Positions 36,760 through 53,864 of a DNA stretch of 64,000 nucleotides are shown in pieces (the first letter of the stretch is position 1; each line of letters opens with the position of its first letter). A program made the position numbers and the translations under genes. Source of the DNA: Eledone cirrhosa (Eukaryota); NCBI GenBank assembly GCA_964016885.1, contig OZ024740.1:123318001-123382000 (forward strand). Direction: 5' to 3'. Under the pieces are notes generated by a model. That model saw only the letters and a program-made list of their open reading frames with translations. It was not told the origin of the DNA and did not search any database.

Positions 36760-39300
36760 TTACCTTCCAAAAATCACACGGAAGGTTTTCGAGGTTCTAT
36801 GTTGGCAGTTGCTGAAAAAATCTGCTCTCCTATTAATTAATAGGGGGCCGCCTCTAATAATATTAAAAGTTTCAGCTATACATAAATTGCAGACGCCAGT
36901 GCTGCCGTTATAAGCTTGGGCTGAGCAAACTATGGACCAGGATAAGGAGTGCTCTATATTCTGATGTTTAAGCTTTCAGACTAATTCAGAAAGTGCCGTG
37001 CTATTTTTTTTATCTAATATATTAAAGGTATGGCGGTGATTATACCATCTATCCTTAAATTCCGTGGCAGTTGCCCCAACATGCCTAAAGGTTCTATCAG
37101 GAGTGGAGACCTAACAGATGTAGACTATGTTTTTGGTAAGGCATTTCCCAGCGATGGGACAGGTGGCGGTGCTTCTGCAGTTACATTTTTTTGTTATCGA
37201 CCTGGGTAGTTACTGATGGACCACGGTACCTTTGGGGTCGGGTCTCAGTTCCTGTCTGCTCTATGGGTAAATTCCCTGGGGTTGGGGAGACCCGACTTGC
37301 CTCACGTGTATGAGTCAGTTCCTCAATAGAGCTGCCATTGTTCCTGCCATGCCCATTTCCCTCATGGGCTGTCCTAAGTCTACTATAATTCATCTTAGCT
37401 ATATTCTGAGCTAGGTTACTAGTTGTGGAGTAGGACAGCTTGATGGTATTTCTATTGAATATTTTATAATATCTGTGCGATCTAGGGAATCATTTGTCTA
37501 AGGCCCTAAAGAAAAGCTTAGCTATACTAGTGGTCAGGCCAGTGGAATAAGGGGGATTATACCACAGGATTTTCTGGTCCGATGTCTCTTGTTCTTACTA
37601 ACTATATTAGAATTACCTGTCTCCCTAGTAGTTACTAGTCTATTGTAACTGGAAATTGCATGTGGGTCGATGGTGTCCCGGGGTGTCACGATTATGTTCG
37701 GAATGGTCCCAAGTCTCCAGGGCGGTGTACCCCCCGTGCGGCCATTAGGATTACCCTCGATAGCCGGGATTGTATCCACTATTCTTCTGCTATACCTGTC
37801 CCTATTCCCCTTACTCGACCCTCGTTCTATACTGCGTTCAACGGTAGTATTATCGGTTCCACAATTAAGGTTACCATTAGAGTTTCCACTGGCGTTACGT
37901 TGCTCAGACCCCGTGTTAGTACCTGGGTGAATGTTTCTATTGGTACCAACAACATTGGGACTAGGCGGAAATACAACATGAAGTCTATATAAATCCTCTC
38001 TCGTATCACGCCTGCTGTTAACTAGAGTGTCACTATTTAGGCCTAAGCTATCGCAGTCAATGTTGCTTCTACTATTTAATGGACGTTTGAATGAGATTCC
38101 CTCGCTATGCCCCGCGCGTTCCAGGGCGCTATTATAGTAATTCGAGATCTTATTAAAGATATCTTCATTGGAAGATAGTCCTGAAATTCTACTAGAGACG
38201 CTTTTGGTAATACCGTTAGTGACTATTCTAGGGTGTTTCGATTTTGCGTTGACATAGTTTAGATTCTCGTTGGGTTTGTAGTAGGGTTGGAAGAGTCCTG
38301 AATTCAGGTTAAGTGTAACATCTAGAAAATTAACTATCTTTAAGTTCTCTTCAAATACTATATTTAGGTCTATGTTCTTGAAGAATTTGCTAAGTTTTTT
38401 CCTCACCCTCTCTACCATACTATTATTATGAAACGACACAGTAAATAAAACGTCGTCACGGTAAGCGCCGCCTCCCAAGTGGGGCATTTCCACTCCGAGA
38501 GGGTCAAGGAGGTAAAGGCCCACCATATCCGTCACCTGAGCCGAGTCCGTGGATCCCATGGTGATGTCGAAGTTGTCTGGCCAATCCATCCTGGTCCACA
38601 GGTCACCGTTGATTTCAATTATCGTTTTCCTAGCTAGGAGAATAATGTTAATTTCTTCGGATGTAAGGTCGGTATGTAAGCTAGCAAAGTTAAGGGCCCT
38701 ACCTAGAAGAGTTGGAGAGATTGAAGAGTAATAATTAGAGATATCGAACTGTATAAACTTAGTGCTAATCTTATTCTGCGTTTTCACAAACCAGTTAATT
38801 ACCTCACTAGTTCCTGACCACAATTTGAGCTTCGATCTCCTAACTAGTGTGGGGATTATTTTATCAAGGATTTTTTTACTTACGATTCCTATGTCCGACT
38901 TCGAAGGGACTATCAGCCTGACAGGTCTTGATGATTCAAAGTCTAATTTGTGGTCTTTCAGCAGAATCCTCGGAGTTCTAGGATGGAAGGGTTCGGATTT
39001 ATCCTCAATACTCAGTTTAGTCATGACGCTATTGACCGCCGTGTTAATTAAATCCAGGTTGGCTCGTGTAGTTTTTCTGTAGCTTTTCCTAAGTTCTCTA
39101 GTTATCAAATCGTCATAAGTTATTCTATCGATATCGTACAGGTAGTTAGTCTTGGCTGCGTGCACCAAAATACTGGTCGAGTTCTTTAATTTTACTAGAT
39201 CACCATTCAGTCGTCTTAGGTAGCTTTTTCTCCTGAGTGGGTATTTCCTAAACTTAAGGTTGGACACTATGTTAGACATTTCAGTCTCGAATTCTTCCAA
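36760..39300 (-). pseudogene. Penelope-type RT + linker + GIY-YIG endonuclease, two frameshifts and three stops
   Basis: RT motifs RLIVPSKSDIG, FIQFDISNYYSSI, FDITMGSTDSAQV, AYRDD and VNFLDVTLNL. After a frameshift near 37570: ILWYNPPYS...DK*FP..KIFNRNTIKLSYS. After a frameshift near 37185: CNCR..CPIAGKC..IVY..HVG..FKDRWYNH..LSELV*KLK..CNLCIAE..NCQH, ending TAA at 36760-36762. Confidence 0.88.
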
Positions 39301-39301
<1 letters not shown>

Positions 39302-39362
<61 letters not shown>

Positions 39363-39370
39363 ATATATAT
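39302..39370. repeat. (TA)n(TG)n microsatellite at the 5' truncation of the Penelope-like element
   Basis: Direct reading. Confidence 0.95.
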
Positions 39371-40599
39371 ATGTTTATTTATATATTAAAATAACAGATT
39401 AAAATTTAAGCAGAGAGTCATATACATAATATGAAGGGAGAACCTGAACATAGAGCTGGCACACTCAGCCCCTTTCTTGAGAAGACTACTCTACAAACCC
39501 GACTTGCATACAACAATATATTTATACTTCCTAATTGTGCCTTCAACAACACAGAAGTGTGCATGAAACTCTATGTAGTCTAGAAGGTCACATATAGAAA
39601 ATATAGATCCTTGTACATTGGAAGTACTGTCTAGATGCTGCACATGACAATGAGAGCTTAATCTGTCAAAAAATACCTTAACAAATGCCACAACCAAAAC
39701 ATTGTGGTCACCATAGAAGCAAAGGAAAGAAATGTGGGATATTAAAGAAGTAAACAGGTTTTAATCAACACATATATTTCACAAATAAACAATAGATCAA
39801 AACTATATGGAGCACAGTGGCTTCTGTGAATTTCCCATGCATGTGCAATCCAGATGCTTGGACCATTTAAGGAAAAACACAGTGTTCATTTTTGTTTTGC
39901 ATTTGAAAAGAGGGTATTGACCCTGAATTATTATGTTGATATACACAGGTTTAAAAATCATTACTTTTTGTTTTATTTGTCATTCTTTGCCCTTTATATA
40001 TTCCTACCACATTGTACTGGCTTACTGAAATACTTATCAATCAATTATAATTGGGCTAATGTGGCAGGTGGGACACAACCTCCCAACGTAGCTCCAGCAG
40101 CTTCTCAGAGGTCATGTTTTTAATGCATGCAGCTGAGCATCATAATAAAGGAATTGGACAGAACCATGGTGCTAATCTATGAAATTGTTGACAGTAGATG
40201 GGAGCAGCTCATCATGGTAACACCTTTCCTGTGCCACTAGACTCTCACTATGACCTTGCAAGGATGGAAGCTAGGCTTTACTTTCCAGTGTGGTGTAATA
40301 TCTTTATCAACCCATGATCACTTATGCTTGACATTAATGTAGAGACAGCAATTTTAATCACCAGTGACGATGAAACTCGACCACTTTGTTGCGCAGTAGT
40401 AGGAAAACAAAGAAGTTGCAGTTGCCACACAACATTCACGATCATGGTCAGTCAGATTGTGGGGTATGCATTAGTCCAGGTTAGACACCTTCCCTATAGC
40501 ATACAGGTTATTGAGGATGATTGTTTTTGATGCCCCCAAAACACTTTGGAAAGTTGACAAGATACCTGGTGTGAGTCACTTTACACCAGCTCACACAGC

Positions 40600-42273
40600 T
40601 GCTCATCATTGAAGTCAGATGGATGTCTAGCACAAGTTTGATCTTCAAGGCTGTAATCACCAGAACAGAAGCATGCAAATCAATACCTGGCACTGCATGT
40701 GACCCAAATATCTTGCTAATGCAGTAACTCAATGCTTCTGCACTTGGGTTAGATTTGCAGATAAGGTATTATCTGGCTGACTCATGTGTGTTGGGTGGCC
40801 TGGATCTCTGGAAAGGCATCTAAGCAATGACAATTAGCAATGATAATCACAATTTTCAAAAGGGGAAACAAAGGAAATTGTTCCAATTATAGAGGTGTTT
40901 CCTTGTTAAGCCTCCATGGTAAAGTCTATGCTAAGTGTCGAGCAAAGAGATGTAGGAATATTGTCAAGTCCAAGCTAGCTGATGAGACAAAATGTATATC
41001 AAAAAGAAATACTGTTTTCGTTAAAGTCCTGGAGGAGAATTGTTTTCAATTCCTTATGAAGTTGATCAATGTTGTTTGCTAATATTCTCATTATTACGAT
41101 TTTCACAGTAAACTCTATATTCTTATTTGGTCCTTTGGATGTTATGTAGCAATCTATAGCAATGAGTAGCTGCTATCATCAGGATTCTCTATTCTGCACT
41201 AAAAGATAAATATATCTTTCTAGGGCTCTCTTCCTCATTACTGAAATGTTGTTTGAAAACTGCATCAACGTTTGCTAACAAACAGTCAGTCATCAACAAT
41301 TCTCATCTGTTTCTCCACACTTGTAAAATTTGGATTAGTCTTTTCAAAAATAACTTTACTCGACTCATTGCTTTCCTTCATCATCTACCCAGTGAGGTTG
41401 AGTGATGTGAGAAAGATTTAAAAACCGCTTTCATTTTCCTGTCTCTAGATTTTCTATGACCTGACAATGTAAAGATTTGAGTTTCTAAAAATTGATACAC
41501 TGAAGTATTTTGTGGCTGTGTTTCTATTCGCTATCTGCAACCTGTTATCTAGCAGAACAAACTTGACAGAAGGTGATCTCCAACTTCCATTTGATTCCAA
41601 GTGCTGCTTGGCTGGAATGAAAATCAGGGCTGCAAAAACTACTGAGACATCCATTCTCTCAAGAAAGCCTGCAGAGTGCACTCTTCATGTGAATGTAGTT
41701 CCACTGAAGCAAGCTGTTTTCACGAGTGGTGGAAGACAGGAGGCTGAATTAAGTGCAAGAATTGGAGGTGCTGGTGCAGTAATGCACCATCTTCAGCATT
41801 TGGTATTTAGAAGAAGGGGTGTAGGTGTAAAAGCCAAACTTGCTATTTTCAATTTGATATCAGTGCTGACCCTATATTATAATCATGAATGAAACAATAC
41901 TATCACAGATACAGGCTGAAATGGGGTTCCTCCAAATGGTCTTTGGAGTAAGATTACTCAATAGCGTGCATAGCTCAGAGATCAGAGAGTCACCCTAGGT
42001 AGAGCCATTACTTCTCCAAACTGAGAGATCACAGCTACGATATTGTGGATAGATTTTATGGGCAAAACCAATGGACAGGAGACTCGAGAGTAGACCCTAA
42101 TCAAGAGGGTTGGATATTATATATGAGTTTGGCTGGTCTTGTTTTTGGATTCAGCTGGATCAGTTGAAAATAGTTGTTTCTGATAGGAGCTGCTTGAAGG
42201 AGTGTTTGAGGACTCTGCCCCCTGAACACTGTCAAGAAGAAGAAGAAGAAGAAGAAGAAGAAGAAGAAGAAGA
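40600..42273 (+). mobile_element. Old RTE-clade LINE (different family), decayed, (GAA)n tail
   Basis: KGNKGNCSNYRGVSLLSLHGKVYAK at 40860-40940, AGMKI..KT..FTSGGRQEAELSARIG at 41610-41765 and (GAA)n at 42235-42273. The RT core is missing or replaced between about 41000 and 41530. Confidence 0.7.
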
Positions 42274-43023
42274 GTGTGAAAAACTGCTTGCTATTATTTT
42301 TTCTGATATATTTAGATATCAAAGATCTACGACAATGATTTTTCTCTGGTCTATTTTTTTCTTTCTATTTCTTTCTATTGAGTGAAAACCCCCAGAAAAC
42401 ATGAAGTATACAGTTCATATCTATTCAGGTTTGGCTGACCTCCTACAAGGTTACACAGCATAGGAGGTTTCTCCAGCATTTATTTTAAAGTGACTCCAGT
42501 CCTATCATGAATATGAACATGAAATGCAGTATCTTGCTCAAAAACACAATGCTCTGTCTAATCCAAAAGTCAAACTCACGACCATTTTGTCCACAGTTAT
42601 TAGATGAAAATTTTTTTTTTTGTATTTCATTAAACTGCAGGAAACATACATCATGATGCTAAATCAAACATGGTGTTACAGTATTGAACAAAAATGTTGC
42701 TTTATAGCTCACGCCTTACTGGCATCCCATGAGCTTGTATCTCATAGGTTTCCTGGATGTTTTAATGGCAGGGACTCTCCTATAATGAAAATCAATGTGA
42801 AACAAATATTTTTGCTCAAAAACACAATGTGCTATCCATGTCCGGATTGAAGCCCATAAAGTAATAATTGTAGATTCAACAGTGTAAGAAAGCCACAAGC
42901 TGCATTGTATTTTTCTATTTGTTTATATTCAGAATGTCAGTATCATCTGAGCAACAGATAATTAGAGCTATAACTCAATGTTTATGTGAATTAAACAATT
43001 GCAAAGAATAAACTGTCAAACAT

Positions 43024-43390
43024 ATCATCATCATCATCATTTCATTTTACGTCCACTTTTCCCTGCTTGCAAGGGTGGGACGGGAACTGATTCTGGCTTA
43101 TTTCTACAGCTGGATGCCCTTCCTAACACCAACCTCATTTACAGTGAGTGATGGGTGTTTTTTTGCCGTGGCACCTACACGACCACTTTGCAGTGGAATG
43201 ATAGGGACTCCAGTCCCTATCATCTCATTTCTACAGCTGAGTAAACTGGAGCAATGTGAAATAATGTGTCTTGCTCAAGGAAACAACACATCACCCAGTC
43301 TGAGAATTGAACTCACAACCTTTCGATTGCAAGGCCAATGCTCTAACCACTAAGCCATGTGCCTCCATACTAAGCCATGTGCCTCCATAT
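43024..43390 (-). mobile_element. tRNA-derived SINE family B with RTE-derived 3' tail
   Basis: Minus strand: A box TGGCTTAGTGG, B box GTTCAATTC, central TTTCCTTGAGCAAGACAC, then the RTE 3' UTR module and (GAT)n. The head carries a 20-bp tandem duplication at 43351-43390. Confidence 0.85.
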
Positions 43391-45214
43391 CATATAAAGA
43401 AATATTGCATATTTATCATACATTACCTTGCAGGATATTTAGATGTCTAAGTGACTGTTCATATTTCATTAGCTGCTGTTGACCGAAAGACATTTACTCA
43501 TTTAACTACACAATATGAAGCAGATGTTGACATCATGAACGATTTATACCTGTGAGATGGAAATCTGTAGCGTCTGAACAATCATCCTTGAAGCTGACAG
43601 TGTAGCAAATACATTCCATGTATGTAGTGTCACTTTCCCAACAGTCAGACGAAAAATTGTTGAAAATGGCAGCCTCAAAGTCTAACAGGCAGACCAGAAT
43701 TGGGCTTCATTTATACAAAGTTTGGGAGAGACTGCCATTTTAGTACAGGCCAGTCAAGCCACAAAGGATGCTGCACCATAAACCTTCTCTAGTGCACAAC
43801 TCCATTGTCAAGACTCCCAAGAATTATGGGTGTCTAAAGAAAGGAAGGCAAACAGAAAGAGACCAAACAAAAACAGACTGGTTACTTTATCAACAAGAAT
43901 ATAACTTCTTTAATAAAGGCCTCTACTTGAAGAATATAAGTCAGAAGGTTTAAATATAAAAGACACAGGGTCAAACAAGCAGCTAGAAAGGCAGACAGAC
44001 AGATTCACGTATGTATAAATTTGTATTGAATAAATGATTGTTTGGGTTTTACCAATTTTTCACGATTTGTGTCATATTTTTATATGAATTACTTGTTTGT
44101 TTGCAACAATGAATTTCATACATCCATCACAAATGTTTCTACGACTTCATATTATCATCTTAACGATAAAGTGATGCTAGTATATGTTGCTACAATTTTA
44201 TACAAGGCAGGGTCAATGTAATTTGTGTCAATGTTACTGCTGGAATTCAAATTGTGAGCATTAGATTTATGTCATCAGTCAGATAGTTATTTTAGATTGA
44301 CCATGAGTATTGTTTCCATTATTAATCTATTTTGTTTTGTTTTGATTTTCTTGAAGAAATAAGTTCCTTCATTTATTCTTGTTGCTGTCACCTAAAGTAT
44401 TGAGAAATGTCAAAGTGAATGATCAGCTTCAAAGAAATTGAACACATTTATACATCTAAAATGTATGTATACATAAATACACACACATGCACATATATAT
44501 ATATATATATTAAATCTCTTACTTCTTTTGAAGCCCTAGCTGCTGACTGTGGAAAACTGGGAACTGTGTGCCATGAAGGTATAGAGAACTTTGAAAAATC
44601 TCATCTGGTCCATCTTTGTTATCTAGGATCTAACACCAAGATCTGATCGAGCATTCCATCCTGCTTGGCTCAAAATCCTGTCATCTGCACTAAATGTGGT
44701 CTGTTGTGCAAATAAGACTCTGGAATAATGAGCCATTTAAGGCATAACCATAAGAATTTGACTGAGAAAACTGTTGAACCCTCATGCATTGATATATGAC
44801 GGGAGAGTCTTAGATATATATATATATATATATATAGAAGCAATGCTGCCTACTGAAACATATACTTTGTGAATTCTTCACCCTCACCAAACAAATAGTC
44901 AGAAGTCTTGTGAAAAATCATGGGTGCTGCCTTTTTTCTCTAAGATATAATAAATATAAAAAAGAAAAAAACTACTTATATCTCAGTAAATGTGATGAAT
45001 AGATAGGCAGACTATAAGGAAAATTACATAATGAAGCAAAGAATGTAAGGAATTAATTCTATGCTAGGAAATGTCTTTAATGAAGCTATATCTACATATA
45101 TGTGTGTATGTCCTGTTGTAACTATCTTAACCAACTGCACTTTTTTTTGCACATTTCTGTATCTGCATATAGATAATGGTTTCTGATTTAGACATGAAGC
45201 CAACAGCTTTAGGA

Positions 45215-45395
45215 GAAGGAAAAGTTGATTAAATCGACCCCAGTGCATTTCTGGTATTTTATTTGATCAATCTCGTAAGGATGAATAGCAAAGCTAACCT
45301 CTGCTGGATTTGAACTCAGAAGGTAAAGTTACATAACTATATGCTGCAAAGAATATTATCCAATGCTCTACTGACACTGCCAATCCACTGCTCTC
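45215..45395 (-). mobile_element. SINE-A-related copy, diverged
   Basis: CAGTGCATTTCTGGTA..GGATTTGAACTCAG..ATGCTGCAAAG..ACTGCCAATCCAC is the reverse complement of the SINE-A head and body. Confidence 0.75.
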
Positions 45396-47019
45396 ATATA
45401 TGCATATTAAAACAGTTGTTTTTTAAGCTTGAGGTTCTTCTTATATCTTCTTCACCTATAAAGTATGTATAGAATATGCTAGTCAGCAAGGCAGATTTGG
45501 AGGAAGCAAGTATGTTTTGCTGTAGGTTATAAGACAGTAGATGTAGTGTTTAGTTCTTAACTCATTCTCCATAACCTTAGATTTTACATACTGACTATAT
45601 CACATATAAATGGGTCAATGTTTTCTTCTTAATATTTTTTTTGTTTTGTTTAGGAGTGAGTTTTTATGTGCAATTTTATATATTTTTACATGAAATAACA
45701 AAATATTTTGCCTGAGGTCCAAGAAAAATGTATGCAGTATTTTATTGTTGTAAGAACGAGTTTTAGTTTTTCTTATATCTTGGATTCTGCTATAAGTAAA
45801 GAATTTACATAGAAAGTTTTTTGTAGTTTTATTTATGATAAAAACATTAAAAGAGTCTTTAAATTACAATTATTAATAAAAACTGTATATTTTAGAGTCA
45901 AGAACATTTTAACTCTTTGTTAATAAACTGTATGAAATTGCCATTAGTTCTATGATACAGAACTGTTTGTTTTTAAAGCTTTATAAACATATTTAATCAT
46001 TTTGTTAAGTTTAATTCCAATCACCAATTTAATAATGGGAAAGTTTGTAACATTATGAAATTTCTTACACATTCTTGATTATTTTCCAAAAATATTTGAA
46101 ATTTATACATACTGTGTTTGAATAGAAACATAGTAACATAAGATTTAATAAATGTATATCCGGCTACATAAAGTGATATTGATCATATTCTTTGAGGAGA
46201 GATGTATATCCATGCTGCAAAAGTCCTTGATGCTGCATGACCATTTCCTTTCCATACACTAATAGTAGACCTACATAAGAAGCAGCAAACAAACAATGTA
46301 AATGCAAAGATGTATTTGATCAAGTTTGGCTATATTGCTTTATAGACAGCCCAATATGCAAACAGGGTCTTAAAGGCAAAGAAAATAAAAGATGAGTTTA
46401 TGCTCACAGATAAGCACGCCAATATGGTAAAATAATCAGCTATCCTCAAGCACTTGGAAGTCATAGAGGTGACATGAAGCAGCACAGAGAAACAGAAAAT
46501 GTAAAGTTTAGAAGAAACCCTGGAAAAGAAAATGATGGCAAATAATTTGGTTGACCAGCATAGTGGAATGTAAGGAACCTGGAGAGCCTATTACATTTGT
46601 ATTTGAACTAATGGCACGTGTCAATAGAAAAGCACCTAAATATGGAATGCATTGAGAAAATAGGGATCTTTAACTGAATTGAAGCAATTTCAAACGTGTT
46701 TCAATCTTACTGTACCTCATCCAGTCATTCTAACTTCAGGAAGTAACAGTGTTAGTTGAGTAGCCCTATTTGATTTTTCATTAATGATGTTTAAGGAGAC
46801 AGAATCCTGTTCAAAGTTGGTACTGTACTTTCAAAAATAGCTTATTCTTCATTGCATTCAATATTTAATTTTAACTAATTTAAATTCCAGGATTGTCTCA
46901 CCTGCCACAGTTGAACATAATGAATAAAGTAAGATAATTACCTTAATTGTTCCGCGTTTCAGTTATTAGACTGCTATGGAATATAGATATTAAAACAGAT
47001 AGACATACTCACACACACA

Positions 47020-47185
47020 AGATTTCTGCACAGTTTCCATGAACCAAATTTCACTCACTCACAAGGCATTTGTCACCTTGAGGAGAGTGAAGTAAGAAAA
47101 ACTTGATTAAGGTGCCACACTATTTGACTGTGTTCAAAATCACATGGCTATGAAGCACATCCCTTAACCACACAGTCACACCTAC
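47020..47185 (-). mobile_element. Diverged SINE-like repeat
   Basis: CTTAACCACACAGTCA (reversed A-box-like) and GTGTTCAAAATC. Confidence 0.45.
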
Positions 47186-47568
47186 ATAGTTCTCATCAAT
47201 ATAGTTGTAATTTTCAAGTAACTGAAATAACTCAGCTCACTACATTAAGAATGTTAGCAACCACTGTCCTATTTCTTTTTCAATAAAGCAGATGAGCCAG
47301 ATGACCATATATTTTTTACTCTGTCATGTTTTCAAACAAGAATATAGCCGAGATATTATTGCACCATTAACTGTGTAAGTGCACATCACTATATCAAATG
47401 AATACACAATATCATGTTTAATTCAACATTTTTCCTTATCCAATTCAAAACATATTTAAGCCTTTCGATATCAAATTTCCCTTGGTTCTATGATACAAAC
47501 CTTTTTATAGTGTTTATATTTACCTACAAATATTCTATTATTATTTCCTTTAAGAATGGTAATTTAAC

Positions 47569-47758
47569 GGCGGTAAATTGGCAGTATTGGTAGAGGGTTG
47601 GACGCCATGCTTTCTAGCACAGTTACGTCCCTTTACAGTCTGAGTTCAAATCCCACCGAGGTTAACTTTGCCTTTCATCCTTACGGGGGTCGATAAAATA
47701 AAGTACCAGTAATGTACTGGGTAATTGCTGGCCTTGTGCCTAAAGTAGAAACAATTAT
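47569..47758 (+). mobile_element. tRNA-derived SINE family A, full length with TSD
   Basis: A box TGGCAGTATTGG, B box GAGTTCAAATCCC. Flanking 19-bp duplication ATTATTTCCTTTAAGAATG at 47540-47558 and 47754-47772. Confidence 0.9.
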
Positions 47759-49364
47759 TTCCTTTAAGAATGTTTGTTAGGCTTTGGTCCAAACACCAGA
47801 TAAACAATTATGTATTTTAGTAAATCCTTGATTATTTTCAAATTAGTTTGAAAATTGGCTGTGATTTTTTCAGAAATATGGTAACAAAGGGGTTAATAGA
47901 AGCTTTCTACTACACTACTTTCTATAAAAAGTGGAATAGAAATACCCATCTCCTGATAAAATACAAATACCTATCTCCTGATAAAAATAGAAATATTTGA
48001 CTATGGTGATTCTTATAACAAGAAAAAAATATGTGCTGCATAGGATTTCACTCATAATGTTAAATATTTTGATTTTGATACTTACTTAAAGGGACATATT
48101 ATTTATTACAATAAGTAATTACACTCACAAAATATCGCCATTGTGAGAGCCATTATATCAGTCACTTCCAAACTTATTTTGTTGTGGAAACGTTATTCGA
48201 TTTTCCGAAAATTGAGGAATTCATAGCTATATTTTACAATCTTAATAAGACATAACCTGTTTTAGAAAGATAATTTATTCATATAAAATCATATATTGGA
48301 TTGATATTAAATTCTGTAAGAATATACCTAATTTCACAAAACTCAAAAAAGATTTGTGTAACACATTTTGGGAAATATTGTTTAATATTATCATTCAACC
48401 ATTTAGAAACTGCAAATATATCTCCCTCAAATCACACGATTCCATCTTCCATAAAGAAAGGACACATCAGATAATGTAGCTATCCCCAACAGACGAAATG
48501 ATCATGGCTGGAATATCTTTGATCATAGATCCTCGATCAAGGTTAATCTGGTGCTGAACGACATCAACACCCATAAAGTAAATAGCCAGATAAAATTAAG
48601 AGATATTTGTCTAACCCAGCAATCACAGTTTGGTTATCTAAGATATGCATGAATGCTTCTAATAATAGTTATTTTCACATGGTTGGAAATATACTGTGCA
48701 GTGAACCAGTGATTGGAACTTTATTTTAGTACGAATATCCAACGAGGCTATTATTCACAAATGCATTTAATAAATAGAAAAAGTAATGTAGAATAGATGT
48801 ATTTAAGTACATATTCACTTAAATTACTTGTGTAAAAACATCAGGAATTATCATTTATCAAAATAGATAAATACATTAAAAACAATTCTATTTGCATTAT
48901 TATATTGAAATCACTCTACAAGCATATTGTTTTATCTCAAATAGTAAATTATAACTTCAAATTGCAAAAAGATATTTCAAATGAATTTACCTGGGAACCA
49001 GCAAGTGCAAATCATTTTGATACATGATGGTTTTATGAAACAATATTTTGTGTGAAAAGAAAATAAGGACACCAACACTGATAAAGAACGGAAATTTCGA
49101 TCATCAATTTTAGACACTGTCTAAAATAATGAAATACACAATTCTGAGTTCAGCTGATAAATTTTAGTGCAAAACTGATTTTATGAAATTATGAATGTTT
49201 CTATAATTTCATATCATTCTATACAATAATTACTGTTTAACCATTTTATCTACCTGTCACATAAATGGTATGATCTGTTCTCAAGTTTATTTTAATTAGA
49301 ATTTGTAGCACACAAATTTAAAACAAAGGAAGGAGGGAAACAAATGTTCTCTGCCAATGGTGTT

Positions 49365-53399
<4,035 letters not shown>

Positions 53400-53484
53400 A
53401 AAGACTAAAATCCAAAGAGGGCTCGATAAGGATAAATATATATCAAATATATAAGAACTGTAGAGCAAATATTTATTAAAATAC

Positions 53485-53690
53485 CAGATTAAAGTTTAAG
53501 CAAAGAATCGCTGCTTTCACTCTTAACGGGATCTTCTGAAACTAAGAAAGTCAATCTGTGAACGCAGAAGTAAATATTTCAAAAAACGTTGCAACCGGAG
53601 GAGAAGAGGGCGTTCACAGATTGACTGTTTTAGTTTCAGAAAATCCCGTTAAGGGTGAAAGCAGCGATTCTTTGCTTAAACTTTAATCTG
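53485..53690. repeat. Long foldback inverted repeat (81-bp arms, 44-bp spacer)
   Basis: 53485-53565 is the reverse complement of 53610-53690 with about four mismatches. Confidence 0.92.
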
Positions 53691-53752
53691 TTATAAATAT
53701 ATATATATATGGAGATATATATATATATATAGCAAACTGGTGTATACCTTCC

Positions 53753-53805
53753 TAGATACTCAGTGTTTCTTGGAGCAAGTAGATCTTACTTCATTCATCA
53801 GTGAT
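53753..53805 (-). ncRNA. Hammerhead core, stem I not supported
   Basis: Minus strand reads ATCA|CTGATGA|A TGAAGTAAG ATCTA CTTGCTCCA A|GAAA|C ACTGA G|TA. Both cores and a long stem II are present; the sequence after GUA does not pair. Confidence 0.5.
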
Positions 53806-53864
53806 ATTTAGCTATTACAACCACATATTCATGTAAAAAAAAAAAAATATATATATACATATAT

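Larger units (their letters stand above)
35330..39300 (-). mobile_element. Penelope-like retroelement (Naiad-type by motif recall), 5'-truncated at (TA)n, with 3' hammerhead
   Basis: RT and GIY-YIG coding region at 36760-39300, a 3' non-coding region of about 1.4 kb and a hammerhead at 35396-35441. The left boundary is approximate. Confidence 0.8.

Noticed and set aside
43470-43720. Short open frame with splice-like ends
   Set aside because: Downstream sequence (RIGL motif) suggests a very old RTE 3' end, and the donor site is weak.
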